Below, in pieces: positions 26,073 through 40,236 of a stretch of 64,000 nucleotides of DNA. The first letter of the stretch is position 1, and each line of letters opens with the position of its first letter. Origin of the DNA: Cenococcum geophilum (lineage: Eukaryota). Location of the stretch: assembly GCA_050273025.1 (NCBI GenBank), contig CP158636.1, forward strand, positions 7,812,001-7,876,000, in the 5' to 3' direction. The position numbers and the translations under genes are program-made. The notes below the pieces were generated by a model. That model was not told the origin of the DNA, ran no database searches, and worked only from the letters and a program-made list of their open reading frames with translations.

Positions 26073-26673
26073 ACTAACACACAGCACTAATATACTAGGA
26101 AGGTTCTATAATTAGCTATATAACCGTCTATATAATTATTATTATTAATTCTATTTATTACCCAATTTGGTCCCTTTTTAAGTCTATATAGGGAAAAGCC
26201 CTATAAGGGGAAAACCCTAAGTATTTCCTTTTAGCTAGTCCTATTCGTTCTATCTTTACCTAGCTAGTATATCTTTATATCTTCTAGTCTACCTTATATA
26301 CTATACTTTCTAGATATATTAGAAGATCTAAAGGGGGTAATAGGAGGGTCTAGTAATTCGCTAGTAAGCCGCCTATAGCTAGGCGGGGGTATTTAGTCCT
26401 TAAGGGGCTAGAAAAGGGCGTATTATTTAGTGTCCTCCTATTAGATCTTATATGCTATTTAAAACTACTAAAGAATTCCTTTACCTATAAGCCATTTTAC
26501 TACTGCCTATAAGCCCCTACTTATAAAGAGTATCTAAGTAATATTATTTATACCTATATTAGTAAGTAGCTAGTTCTTTACTAAGCGGTAACTGTAAAAT
26601 AGTAGTATATAGTATACTAATTAAATAGGCCACCCGTATATATATTAAGGTAAGATATTTAGAATATAGATAT

Positions 26674-29600
26674 TGTTGGTCACACAGGGTGACTCACCAA
26701 TAACGACTACTCGAGTAGGTTACAGTGATGTTGGTTGATAAAGCTTATTAATTGGAATGAGGAAGGGTAAGGAACGTAAGGCTCCTCGCCACGCTAGTGC
26801 CGCGGCGACACGTGATGGCAACTTGCCATCACGTGACGGCAGTTTGCCGTATGTGACGGCAACTTGCCTTATTCCCAACACTAGCAACTCTTCTTTTGTG
26901 GTTGCCATCTATAGACAAATATTGCTTGACTATTGTAACAAATATAGTGTTGTTGAATTAAGCTTTTCTTTTAGCTTTGCTATAAGATTTGCCTTCACTA
27001 GCTTATCTTCTTTAAGAGCTAAGAATCGGTCGTCTCCTAAGATAATTGTATTGTCAGTTTGCATGCCGACGATTCCGAACGGAGTTCCTGTAGTTATAAT
27101 GAGGAAGCAGGGATCGAATGTAGATGTAGTCATTAAAAGCTTCTCTTTGTGGTGCTTACTATAGGTAGCCCACTAGTGAGTTCCTGCCTCTGCGATTCCG
27201 TATAATGGCTTAAGCACAACCATGATTGTATCTTTGGGATATTAGTGGCGAATTTGCTCTGGAAGGTGCGCTAATATTAAGCGCTAAAGGTGCGTCTCTA
27301 ATTGGGTGTAGGCCTAAGTGATATCTCATAGATAGACCGCCATTCCATTCTTTATTAAGGAGGGAGCTAGCATAACAATAACTTACTAACTAGCTCGTTA
27401 AATTATAGGAGATTGCGTAAAAATTACCTCCTTACTATTATCGTTATAACCTTAGATAATAAGCCTTAATTTCTTAAATGGGGCGTTAGTAGCTTTGCCT
27501 TTAATCTTATTAACCATTCTTAACTTAAAGATACGAACTTCGTCGAACTTAGTAGGGTTATACTTCTAGAATTTGAAGACTCCTCTTACAATAAGACTAT
27601 TGATCTCCTACTTGTCGGATGCTTGGAAAGGAGCTCTAGGAGTTATAATACAACCTTCCTTTCAGAGCTATTTTGCGAGCTTAAAGTCAGCCTTCTCCTT
27701 GGCTGTTATAAAGGCCATTAATAACTTAACTCTATTCTTAATAGTAGTAATAAATTGCTCTTTAAAATTAATAAGATGTTAGCAATTTTATAATCCCTTT
27801 AGGCGACCTCTACCGCATTATAGTTGCGGCGTATCTACTACAATTATATTAAAATTATGGTCGCCTTCTAAAGCACGTTAATTATGGCTCTCCTCTAGGG
27901 CATTTTCTATGGCATCCTACAAAGGCTTAGAGCTGTTATCTTTATAGTAAGGCTTAATAATAGTTAAACGGAATTAAGTGGGTCTGTAAGGCATTTAAAT
28001 AGTATAAGTCTAACCATTAATTACAATAAGTTAATATAGGCCTAACTATCCTCCCTTTTTACGCTATACGCGTACCTTAGACTAGAGTGGCAGATTAAGC
28101 GTAGTTAAGGTATTTAGGCCATTTCTTATTCCTAGTGCGTTATTAACCTAGCGTATAGCGTAAAGACGTTATACCTCCTTTATTGCCTTGCGAATAGCCT
28201 TAGCTCATTATATAACGGAGGGAGACGGTGAAGAATTATTAGTTATTTAAGGGTAGGTACTAAAGACTAGTAACGTGGGTACGAGTCTATCTAGGCCAGC
28301 GGAATCGTTAACGGCTTTAACAGCTATTTATAAGGTAAGTTCTTCGCTAGCGTCCTCTAGTTCTAAAGAGATAATCTTATATACACGGCGTAATAGCGCG
28401 TAATATTGCTCCACTTTTCTAATACCATTATATACCTTAATAGGGACTTCCTTAACCTTAATTGCCATTGCCTTTATCTATTATCAAAACTTTATAGATG
28501 AGAAGTTCTTTTCTATATTATAGACGATTTAATTAGGGGGTCCTAGGTAGACATTAATCTAATATAATTAAAGGGTATCCTATATATTCCTAGCTAATAT
28601 ATCCTTTAAGAAACATACGGCTTAGAAGGAGGTTAAGAAGTTAATAACTTAGAGTACTGGCTTACCGCTAAGATATATAACGTTAACGATAATACAGAAG
28701 TTAAAGTCGTAGTTATTTTTAAGGGTAAACTTAAATCGGCCAGGGGACTTCTGGTTTATTTAGCAGTAATAGTAGTACTTTATAAGATGCTTAATTACCT
28801 TAACCTTAACTTTATAGCCTACTCGCTAAAGAACCCTAAGTAATTAATAGATGAATAGGTGGCTAAAACAATGGTGTAGTTAACGTAACTCTAACTTAGT
28901 TAGGTAGCTCTAAGCAACACTCTTTTCTAGTTAATAAAGGAGCAACTAAGGGTGACCCTACTTATATATAATAGGTACCCAACTATCTCCCTACACGAGT
29001 ATATTCTTAAGGTTATTAAGCTTAATGCCTAATTTATCTATATCTCCGATGCAAAATAGAAATAAAGTATTCGTGGGAATAACGTAGAAAGTAATGCACC
29101 CTAAGGGGGTTTGGACCCTAATTATACTAAGAGAGATTATAGTACCCTTGCCAAAACAAATCGTATATTAGCCTGCCGTTAAATGGTTAATCTAAACAGA
29201 GTTATTAAGCTGCTAAAGGGCTTAAACTTAAGGTTCTCCTACTATAGATACTCCTACGGCTCCAGTATCTGGCATAATACTATAAAAGACATTCGCCGAG
29301 TATCTGTTGTTAAAGAAGAACGCGGAGCTCTCCTTTGGCGCGTTAAAGATATCTAACTTTGTGATAGAATGGAGCGTAGATTAGTTATTAAGAACAGCGA
29401 CGGTTTATATACTATCTACCTCACTATACTTAGTAAAGTATTGGTTAGGTAAGTAGTCCTCAATTTCTATATCCATAAGGAGCTATTTAGCCTCATTAAC
29501 CTCACCCTTAAGATCTTCTACGCCTTTATATTAAACTAGGAAGCTTTAGAAGTAGGCTATAATAACTTTATAATTTCTAATATTTCTTATACTCTGGCGA

Positions 29601-31662
29601 AACTTGTTATATACCTCCTTTCGCTTATTAAGAAAATACCTAGTTAACTAGCAATTCGGTTTCTTACAAACGTAGTACTTCTTCTAGCGATTACTTTGAA
29701 ATAAACCTCTACAAGGACCTCCACCTTTACCTTATAGTCGTTAATTATACCCTTTACCATATTACCTACCCCAGCCACTATATATTTAATCAGTCCAGTT
29801 ATAATCATATTAGTTAGGCGGGTTAATTAAAGTAGGTTAGAGTTAGGCATTAAATTACTATACTTCTTAAGAGCGTAGAGCGGTGCTAATAGAAGATCTT
29901 AATTAAGTATATACTCCTTCGTAAGTATTTACAGGATTAAAGAGAGTAAGGTTATATTCTTTAATACCTTAGTATACGCTGATAACTTAATTATATAGGC
30001 TAAAGTCCTTTTAATATAATTCGGATAATCTACGCTAAATCGTCTAAAGTTAATTAAAGAGCTTTTAAAGACAATTAAGCCGAGGGATACCTAGGTTTAT
30101 AGCAATAATCCTTAGAAAGGTAGTCTCTCTCTATTCTAATATATACTACTATTTATTTTCTTCTGTTTCAAAGTGGTATCTTAACTCATATATTATACGG
30201 TTAAAATTATATCCTTTTCCTACTAAACAATTATAATAGAAGGTACTAGCTCGGCCCTTAAGCATAACGGAATAGGCATTATAGTATTAATTAGACTCTA
30301 TTCCCACCTTCTAGCAATAGTTATAGAAGATACGTAGTTTTGAATTAAGAATATTATATAATTCCCTGCTAAACTTCTTCTCCTAATCCGAATAGAGCTT
30401 CGCAAGCTCTATAAGCAATTTTAAACTGCCTCTGATTTAAGATTAAGATAGAGGAGGTAGGGGTTGCATTATAGGCTACAGTAGGGACGTAGGTTTGGTT
30501 GGTAGAGTCCGAAGGTCGTTAAATCGCGAAGTAATAGGATCCTATGCCTGCTCTTGTTAAGGTATAGTATCCAACGTCAAGGTTATAGGTTAAATTGGAT
30601 ACAGAGGAGTTAAAGGCGGAGGTAGGTTTGTCTCTAGAGGTGTATTACTTAGGTTCTATCGTAAGTTAAGCTTCCTTATAGTGCGTAGTTGGTGCTCAAT
30701 CTCTTATGGAGTCCATTTGTGCTCTTTTTTTACGTTAATAACCTACTCCTAAATATTGTCTCTAATAGTACTCCCGTCCTTAGGGACAAATACTCCATTC
30801 TCCTAAAGGAAGTTACGGAAGTCCTATATAATATCCTTATTTACGGGGGCCTATATTTCCTTTATCCATCTAATAAAGTCCTCCTTCATACATTCCCATA
30901 GCGCGGTATTATTATATTTACTGTCCTTATAATATACCATACGGTATAATAAAAATCTATTTAAGTCTTATTTATTAGCGTTTGCAAGGTTAATTATGGC
31001 TTTATTCTATATCTTTAGGTTAATATCTTCCTCATACTTCTTTAGGTAGGTTAACGCCATAATAGGTATAGAATTAACGGGGTGTCGTACATCGAAGGTA
31101 GGTAGGATTTTCGGTTTTATAGGATCTTGTAGGTTTGCTGTTAAAAGGTAGGCAATTCAAGATGTTGTTTAACGCGTTTTAGACGTTAACTTAGGACCCT
31201 AGGTTTAGTAATACTTCTAACCTAAAGTACTTAACCAAATCTTTATAAACGCGGTTATTCTGTATAATAGACGTAACTTAGTATCTCCTAGTACTTAGTA
31301 ACACTTCTATTACTAGTTTTCCGCAAGTTTAAGGTAGCACAGTATCGCCGGGATCCATTCCATATAAGCGCATATAGCACCCCTACACAAAACTATCTCT
31401 TCTGTTCGAAAACCTAGCTACTCTATAGTTAACTATATATTTAACCACTAATCAGTATTGGTCATATAGGGTAACTTACCAATAACGACTACTTAAGTAG
31501 GTTATAGTAATATTGGTTAATAAAGCTTATTAATTGGAATGAGGAAGGGCGAGGAACGTAAGGCTCCTCGCCACACTAGTGCCACGGCGACACATAATGG
31601 CAACTTGCCATCACGTGACGGCAGTTTGCCATATATGACGGCAACTTGCCTTATTCCTAACA
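26674..31662 (-). mobile_element. Ty1/Copia retrotransposon, GalEa-like (Copia-B), internally deleted
   Basis: 207-bp LTRs 26674-26880 and 31456-31662; TSD GATAT at 26669-26673 and 31663-31667; IMPDTGA protease ~29270, LHHCFSH integrase ~28870, DSAGPDGLVPTLLVFG ~28290, RT LYGIAEAGTHW and GMQTDNT ~27200-27050; RT C-terminus and RNase H absent. Confidence 0.93.
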
Positions 31663-32136
31663 GATATTAGCTATATATTTAGACCTAAGACCTTTATCTA
31701 TAGTAGAAAGGCGGCCATAGATTTTACCTTTATTAGTCCTTTATATAGGGAGAGAGTTAGTATTAACTATAGGGTATTCTATATAGCTGCGTTATATATT
31801 TTTACTACCTTCTTCTATTATTGCTTCTATTTAAGATCTGCCTATCTTATCTATATTAGTAACCCCCTATCCTCTATTACTATTATAGCGCTCTACTAGT
31901 ATAGCGCTAGGTCTCTACTTAGTAAGCTAATAGTTCCTATATTCTTTTTCTCTCTCTATTACTTATAGGTAAAGGGCTTCCTAACTAGTATATTTAGGCG
32001 TATCGCCCCTTTAAGGGGCTATTGCTTTATATATATATCTCGTTCCTTATATATATATTAGTATATATTATATATTTTCTTCTACTAGGTAGTCTTATAC
32101 TATAACTACTCTTTATATAGTAGTTAAGTTAATATA

Positions 32137-32372
32137 TATCGACCTGGATCGGACTTTTCTTACCACTATTATACTACTGTCTGACGACCTAGATCGTCTA
32201 TATAAACTATATCTTAGTTATCTCTTAACTTATAACTAAATGTCTTATTAAATATCTTATTACCTATTTCTATTACCTATTTTAACTTGTCTAGACCTAC
32301 CTAATATATATAAAGAGCTTCTAGAGCCCTCTTTAATAGATAGAGTTCTTATCCTTAATTAACTGTTTAATA
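32137..32372 (+). mobile_element. Solo LTR (236 bp) of an element not otherwise present in the window
   Basis: Absent from homologous LINE copies (compare 40070-40095); ends TATCGAC...GTTTAATA (RIP of TGTCGA...TCGACA); TSD ATATA 32132-32136 and 32373-32377; TATA-like TATATAAAG ~32307. Confidence 0.75.
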
Positions 32373-34157
32373 ATATATAAGTCTAGTAGTAGAACTAATA
32401 CTTTATATTCTAGTATAGCGCGTAGTATTCTTCTATAGGCCCCTATAGTTCTATATAGGTACTAGTTTTATAGCTTAGCTAGTAGCGCTAAAGAGCTTTT
32501 TATTAATACCTTGCTATTTAGTCTTAGGCCCTTAATTTAGGAGCTGTATAGTATTATTAACCTTATTACTACTATATATAGTAGGCGTATATATTTAAAA
32601 GAGGGTCCTTATATTAAGGTAGTTATTTATAATACTGCTAAAAGTACCACTTCTCTTTTATAAGTAGTTTATATAATATACTTATTTTAGTTTAACCTAG
32701 AGTCTACCTAAACCCCTAGGACCTTAAGGGTAGCTTCTAGTTTTTCTTTATAGCCTTAGATATTTACTATTAAGGCTAGGTTACTACTTACCCTTTTTTT
32801 CCTTATAAAGTAGATAAGCTAGTAATTATCTTAGACTATATACCTATACGGATAACACTTAATATCGCCACATTAGCGTAATAAACCCGCTAAAGATACG
32901 TTACTAAGAAATTTAACTTAAAAAAGTATACCTAGAAAGTTACTAATAGGCTAGTAGCTATACCTTAGGTATTACTAGAGAATATCTAAAGGATTATAAG
33001 TAACTACTTTAAAAAAAATACTACCTAAAGGCCTAGCCTAGAAAATACGTCTACCGTAAATAGTCGCTAGAAATGGCCTAACTACTTATAGGCGTAAAAA
33101 GGGTACGGTAATAGTATAGCGTAATTAATAAAGCCTATTACTAATAGAGCTATAAGGCCCTAAAGAATAGGCCTAAGAAGATAATATAAAGGAGGATAGA
33201 AATAGCTAGCGCTAATTCCTAGAAGAAATTACCTTAGATTCTACTAAACTATATAATAAAGGACTCTAGCGTATATTAAAGTAAAGTAGGCAAGCTGCTA
33301 AAGAGACGCTAGGGGACTTTTACCTATTTATACTTTACTAGATAGAATAGGACTAGTATATAAATAATAATAAGGAAAATATTAAAATACTAGTAGAGGT
33401 TCTTTTTAGGCGCGGACAAAACAGACTTATAGAATATTAGTAGCTAATTTTACCCCTTATCTATTAATATAAGTTATATAATATTAGTAAAAGAAATAAA
33501 GGACGCTATATAAAAGCTCCCTACTAGTAAAGCGTTAAGGCTAAATAAGACCATAAATAAGGCAATTAAAGCTGTAGTAAAAGTAGTAGTAATATAATTT
33601 GCTAACGTCGTAACTACCTACCTTTAGAAAGGCGAACTACCTAAATACTTTAAAGTAATAACTATAGTCGTCTTATAAAAGGTATAAAAAAAGACTACTC
33701 TATTTTAGAAAGCTATTAACCTTAAAAAGGGTTTTAAAAAAGATAGTTATAAAATGTATATAAGAAGCGGCAGAAGCATAAAAGCTACTACCGTAGATAT
33801 AAATAGGCGTAAGAAAGAAAAGATTAACCCTTTTAGCCCTCTTTCTAATTACCTCTAGTATTTAAGCGGTATAGTAAGCTTACCTAGGATATATTATATC
33901 TATACTAAGCCTAGACCTAAGCGGAATATTTAATAATATATTATATAAGAGACTTTTATAAATCCTAAGAAATAAAGGCCTCCTAAACTAGATAATTAAG
34001 TTTATCTAAGCCTTTCTAATAGGGCGTACTATAAAAATTATAATTAAGGGCTATAAAAGCGAATTAATACTAATACCTATAGGTATTCCCCTATTTCTAA
34101 TTCTAATTCTTTTCTTTATATTTAAACTACTAGAGATATATAATAATAGCTAGAATA

Positions 34158-35259
34158 ATAGCTATATAGAACTATAGGGGCCTATAAAAGGACACTATAT
34201 ACCGTAATAGAACGTAAAGTAATATTACTACTACTAGACGTATATATAGAAGCAACTGCTATATAGAGGGCATCTATAGTATAAGGCCACCTAGTAAAGA
34301 AGAAGATATACTAAATAGTAGAGCGTATATAAGGAGCAAGGGGCCTATAAAGAAGCATTACGCCTAAGCTTATAAGTTAAAAAGCTCTCTATCTATAAGT
34401 GGTAGAAAGAGAATAGGAAATATAAGAGCTACTATAACACTTAGCGCCACGCTAGTAGAGCACTATAGTAATAATAAAGGATAGGAGGCCACTAGTATAA
34501 GTGGAGATCTACTATATATATCGCAAGATAAGTAGATATTAAGTGAAAACGATGCTAAAAGAAGGCGGTAGAAGCGTAGAGAGGAACTACGTAAAGCACC
34601 CTATAAATAATATTAACTTTCTCTCTATATAAAGGACAGATAAAGGCAGAATTTATAGCCGCCTTTCTATTATAAATAGAGGTCTTAGGGCTAAACGTAT
34701 ATCTAGTAAGTATCTATATCCTAAATACTATACTATACGTGTAAATAGCCTATATAGTTAGTACGCTATATAATACTCTTCTATAACTACTATATAGTAA
34801 AAGACTAGCTATTTACTAGGGCGGGCATAAATAATATTACTTAAATAATATTTATAAGTAGGGGCCTATATAAAACAGTATAATAGTTTATAGGTTAAGA
34901 AGTCCTCTAGTAGTTTTAGATAGCGTACAAGATCTAATAAGAGGATATAAGGGATAGGCCCCTTTTTAGCCCCTTAGGGACTAAATAACCCTACTAAGCT
35001 AAAGGCAGCTTATAGGCGACTTACTAGACCCTCCTACTACCCCCTAGACCTTCTAAGATACCTTGGAAGTATAGTATAAAAGGTAAATATATTATAAAGG
35101 TAAATAGGCTAGGTATAGGCAGAGCGCATAAGACTAGCTAAAAGGAAACATCTAGGTTTTTCTCTTATTAGGGATTTTTCCTATAAATAGAAGGTAGAAG
35201 CCTATATAGACCTAGTAAAGGGACTAAATCGGGCAATAAATAGAATAAATAAATAATAA
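34158..35259 (+). mobile_element. Tad1-like LINE family A, copy 3 (5'-truncated), inserted into copy 2
   Basis: (TAA)n tail; TSD TAATAATAGCTAG(A/G)ATA at 34141-34157 and 35260-35276; RT of copy 2 continues across it. Confidence 0.78.
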
Positions 35260-36578
35260 TAATAATAGCTAGGATATAATAGTCCTAGAATATATAGATA
35301 ATATAAGCCTAATTATATAGGGAAATATAGTAGTAAAAAACTATACTAGGCTAAACTAGGTATATTATATAGGCAAAACAATATAGCGCTAAATTCGTAC
35401 TAAATAATTACTAGCTTATTTACTTTATAAGGGAAAAAAGGGTAAGTAGCGACCTAGCCTTAATAGTAAATATCTAGAGCTGCGAAGTAAAACTAGAAGC
35501 TACCCTTAAGGTCCTAGAGGTTTAGATAGACTCTAGGTTAAACTAAAACGAGTATATTATATAGGCGACTTATAAAGAAGTAGTAGTATTATAAATTACT
35601 ACTTTAATATAAGGACCCTCTTTTAAATATATACGTCTACTATATATAGTAGTAGTAAGGCTAATAATGCTATACGGCTCCTAAATCTAGGGCTTAGGAC
35701 TAGGCGGTAAGGTACTAGTAAAAAGCTCCTTAGCGCTACTAGCTAAGATATAAAACTAGTACCTATATAGAACTATAAGGGCCTATAGAAGAATACTACG
35801 CGTTATACTAGAACGCGAAGTAGTAGTTCTACTACTAGACTTATATAGTAACTTAACTATTATATAGAGAGTAGTTATAGTATAAGGCTACCTAGTAGAA
35901 GAAAATATATATAAGGAGCGATAGCCCCTTAAAGAGGTAATACGCCTAAATATACTAGCTAGGAAGCCTACTACTTATAAGTAGTAAAGAGAGAAAAGGA
36001 AATATAGAAACTATTAGCTTACTAGGCAGAGACCTAATACTATACTAGTAGAGCGCTATAATGGTAATAGAGGATAAAAGGTTACTAATATAGATAGAAA
36101 TCTACTACACTAATTATAAGATAGGCAGATCTTAAATAGAAGCAATAATAGAAGAAGGTAGTAAAAATATAAGACGCAGCTATAAAGAACACCCTATAGT
36201 TAATACTAATAAAGGTAAAATCTATAGTCGCCTTTCTACTATAAATAGAGGGTTTAGGCCTAAATATATAACTAGGAAGCATCTATATTTTAAATACCTT
36301 ACCTTAATATATATATAGGTGGCCTATTTAATTAGTACGCTATATATTACTATTCTATTATTACCGCTTAGTAAGGGACTAGCTACTTACTAGTATAGGT
36401 ATAAACAATATTACCTAAATACTCTCTATAAGTAGAGGCCTATAGGTAGTAATAAGATAGCTTATAGGCTAAGAAGTTCTTTAATAGTTCTAAATAGTAT
36501 ATAAGATCTAATAGAAGGATACTAAAGGGTACGCCCTTTTCTAGCCCCTTAAAGACTAAATACCCCTACCTAGCCGTA

Positions 36579-39067
36579 ACGTAGGTAACGGGGTTTTGAC
36601 CGATCCCTGGGTTTTAACCGATTTGAAAATCAAAATTCGCCAAAATGCTAATTTGGTGGTAAATAACTAGTAAAAGCCATCACAAGTCATCGCATCGTTG
36701 GTAAGAAGTCTTAAAGCTGTAAATATATAATAGAGTCTATATAAAGTCCATTTTTGGTATTTTAGGGTTCAATTGGCCACTGAGTTGACCCCCAAATATT
36801 ATTAACTAACTCAGACTCCTCATCTAAGGACTCTTCGTCGCTTGAATTGCTTATATTATTTTCCTCCTGCCCTTCCTATAGGTCCTCTGGTAGAGCAGCT
36901 TCTTCTACTAGCTTCTTGGCGGCCTCCTGAAGTTGTTTAATAAGAGCCGCAGCCGTAACGGCGGCAGTAGAGGACTCTTCCGCCCGCTTTCGGAGCTTAT
37001 CCATAGTTGATTGTTTTAGTGTTGCATAATTGGCTGCTATAGTAGCTGCTAATTAAGCTTCTCTAGTATGCTTTCTGCGAGCTATACTAGCGGCAGTAAT
37101 GGAGTCCTTCTGCGCCTTCTTTGCTACCTTTCCTGCCTCCCCTGCCTCCCTATGGTGAACCTTAGCCAGCTCCTTTATATCAGCAACCCTTTTCTAGGCT
37201 GCCTTTCTGGCCTTAACCTACTCCTTAGTAAGCTCTACTACCGCCTAATAATCCTTCTTAAGCTGTTTCCTAGTAAGCTTAGCTTGCTCTTTAGCCTTCT
37301 AAGCGGCCTCTCTGGTAGTAGTAAGCTCCTTTATTGCTTTTAGAGTAAGAACTAATTCGGTAGAGAGCACGTTCCATTTACGCTTCTTTTTAGCCTTTCT
37401 CTCCTCTGTATGTTGCCGAAGATCGTTATTTTTAACTTATATAAGCTTAAGGCCCTCCTCTAGAGATTATAAGTGTTGTATTAATTTTAAGATAACTGCC
37501 TCTGTTGCCTCTAGCGTAGTTTCCGGATAAAGGATTGTATGCGTATACTAAGCTTAAGCGTGCTCACTGTTGGGTAAAGGAGGATATATAGGGGAGGATA
37601 GGATTGTCGCCTCTGTATGGCCAGGTGGAGGCGTTAATGGCTTAATAGATATAGGCTGCTTGGAGCAGCGCGCGAGGGCTTAATTTGGGTTAAAAGGAAG
37701 GAGGCCTGCAGCCTTAAAAGCGCTTGTGATTAACTGTTTGGTATATACCTGCGGCCGAATCTCACCTAGTATCTATAGAAAATAGTCTCTATTAATACCA
37801 GTAATATCACGCGCTGTATATTTATTAACTTTAGATAAATAGAGCCGCTTAAGAATTAAAAAAATAACCAGATCTAAGGGCTGGAGGAGGTGCGTCAAAT
37901 ATAGTGGTAGGTAAATTGGTACAATCTTTTTTAACCAGCAGAACTTGATAAACTCAATATTAATATAGCTACTATAGCCGTCTATAACTAGGAGTTGATA
38001 GCCGTTGTATTTACTGTTATTTTTATTTTTTACTGCCCTCTGCCATGCCTTAGTTCGTCAGGTATAGCGTTTAAAATGCTTTAGCTACCGTATTTTAAGC
38101 TCTTGATTTGACCATCCATTTTTACTTATTATAATTGTACACTTGCCTACAGCTTCCTCCGCTTCCTGCTATAGATTCTCTATATACTAGCGTCCTTTAA
38201 AAATGATAAACGGTGAAATTATCTGCCTATGCATACCAATTATATTAATCTATAAGACCCACTTCCTAAAGCCGTCGATTGTCTTAAAATTAATAATATT
38301 GCCTCTTAATATAACTACTTTAGCACTATAAGCAAAGCCCATAGTATAGCCAGTTTTATCCATATTTTATATATTAGCGTTATTAATATTATACTAAGTT
38401 TTAGCCCTAGAGTAATTGGTAAAAAACCCCTTAACTAGAGCAGGATTATTGCCAGTAATAGCGCGTTCTAAGCCAATTAATCATATATAGTAAGTCCGAA
38501 GCTCTTCCTAGCGTTTTAGGAAAGATTATATCCAATTTTTACCTAGTGGCGCAATTTTGTGATAGCGAGGGACGCTAGAGTTTTCTCGCTGAAGGATAAG
38601 GGTAGCAATTGTCCGAATTATATAGAATCGATATGGAAACCTGGCTTTAGCAAGATATATACAGTGTTAAATAATTGCTGCCTCGCCAGTAGGGGTTATA
38701 CGGTATTGGTTGGTGTAGGCGACTTGGTGAGATTGGTGTTTACCGTGGAGTCGTTTTTAAAAGGTAGTGGGAGAAACTCCATGGGCATTCGCGCAGGCTT
38801 CGGGGCTGCGATATAAGCCGCCTACTCGCCAGGCAGTCAGAGCAGCTTGCATACGATCTTCCGCATCTAGTGCTCGAGGCCAGCAAGGCATAGGTGTAGA
38901 TTGGTGGTATATTTCGTGGAGTTGAGGCGCGGAAAGCAGCTGAGAAAGTCAATGTTGGCCCCTAGAGCGGCAGTATACTTTTTTAGGTAATAAGCTAGCT
39001 AGAAAGAGCAAGCGGTTTGCTAGTTCGGTCAAAACCTAGGGACCGGTCAAAACCCCGTTACCTACGT
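36579..39067 (-). mobile_element. Tc1/mariner-superfamily, Fot1/pogo-type DNA transposon, 2489 bp
   Basis: 43-bp TIRs beginning ACGTAGGTAACGGGGTTTTGACCG (36579-36621, 39025-39067; 3 mismatches); TA TSD; DDE_1 motifs GKNW ~38540, NMDETG ~38365, KNGWS ~38115, HLLQPLD ~37885 on the minus strand. Confidence 0.95.
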
Positions 39068-40236
39068 TAGGTAGTACGCTAGCGAATTACTAGATACTTT
39101 TACTACCCCCCCTAAATCTTTTAATATACCTAAAAAATATAGTATATAAGGTAGACCTAAAGATATAAAGATATAAAGATATATTAGTTTTATATATTCT
39201 ACCTTTACTAAATTAATATATCTTTTTATCTTTAGGTCTACCTTATATACTATACTTTTTAGGTATATTAGAAGATCTAAAGGGGGCAGTAGGAGTATCT
39301 AGTAATTTATTAGCGTACTACCTATAGCTAGGCAGCGGTATTTAGTCTTTAAGGGGCTAAAAGGGGTATATCCTTTAGTGTCCTCCTATTAAATCTTATA
39401 TACTATTTAGAACTACTAAAAAACTCCTTAGCCTATAAGCTATTTTAATACTACTTATAGGCCCCTACTTGTAGAGAGTATAAGTAATATTATTTATACC
39501 TATACTAGTAAATAGCTAGTACCTTAGTAAGTAGTAGCTATAGAAAAGTAGTATATAGTATACTAACTAAATAGGCTATCTATAAGTGTATTAAGGTATA
39601 GTATTTAGAATATAGATACTTACTAGCTATATATTTAGGCTTAAAATCTCTATCTATAGTAGGAAAGCGGCTATAGATTTTACCTTTATTAGTCCTTTAT
39701 ATAGGAGGAGTATTAGTATTAACTATAGGGTATTCTATATAGCTACGTTTTATATTTTTACTACCTCCTTCTATTTAAGGTCTACCTATTTTATAATAAG
39801 TATAGTAGATCTCTATCTATACTAATAGCCTCTTATCCTCTATTACTATAGTAGTACTCTATTAATACGGCGCTAGGTCTCCGCCTAGTAAGCTAATAAT
39901 TTTTATATTTTCTTTTCTCTCTTTACTACCTATAGGTAGAGGGCTTCCTAGCTAGTATACTTAGGCGTATTACCTCTTTAAGGGGCCCTCGATCCTTATA
40001 TACGTTTTAGTATTTAGTGTATATTTTCTTTTACTAGGTAGCCTTATACTATAACTATTCTCTATATAGTAGTTATATTAATATATAAGTCTACTAGTAG
40101 AACTACTACTTTATATTCTAGTATAGCGCGTAATGTTCTCTTATAAACCCCTATAGTTCTATATAGGTACTAGTTTTATAGCTTAGCTAATAGCGCTAAG
40201 GAACTTTTTATTAATACCTTACTACCTAGTTCTGGG

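Larger units (their letters stand above)
26141..32829 (-). mobile_element. Tad1-like LINE (family A) 3' fragment, copy 1, interrupted by Copia-B and a solo LTR
   Basis: Reverse complement of 35404-36576 and 34700-35260; (TAA)n tail at ~26135-26150; heavily RIPped. Confidence 0.8.
32830..39185 (+). mobile_element. Tad1-like LINE family A, copy 2 (ORF2 relic), hosting LINE copy 3 and a pogo element
   Basis: RT motifs KAxGP ~33530, LSLDLSGxFDNI ~33905, GIP..SPILFLF ~34082, GYVDD ~35290, AKFAPDKYQLIHF ~35390; 5' and 3' truncated. Confidence 0.82.

Noticed and set aside
25468..26077. Four overlapping ORFs of 141-193 aa (RASC/EALH/QSFV/TKLC repeats)
   Set aside because: Stop-free read-through of a 12-bp minisatellite in several frames; not independent genes.
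26757..27164. 135-aa plus-strand ORF
   Set aside because: Antisense to Copia-B RT and spanning its LTR.
26141..34157. Twin-priming 5' inversion at the head-to-head LINE junction 32829/32830
   Set aside because: The plus-strand copy continues past 35276 through the same region as the minus copy, so these are overlapping copies rather than complementary halves.
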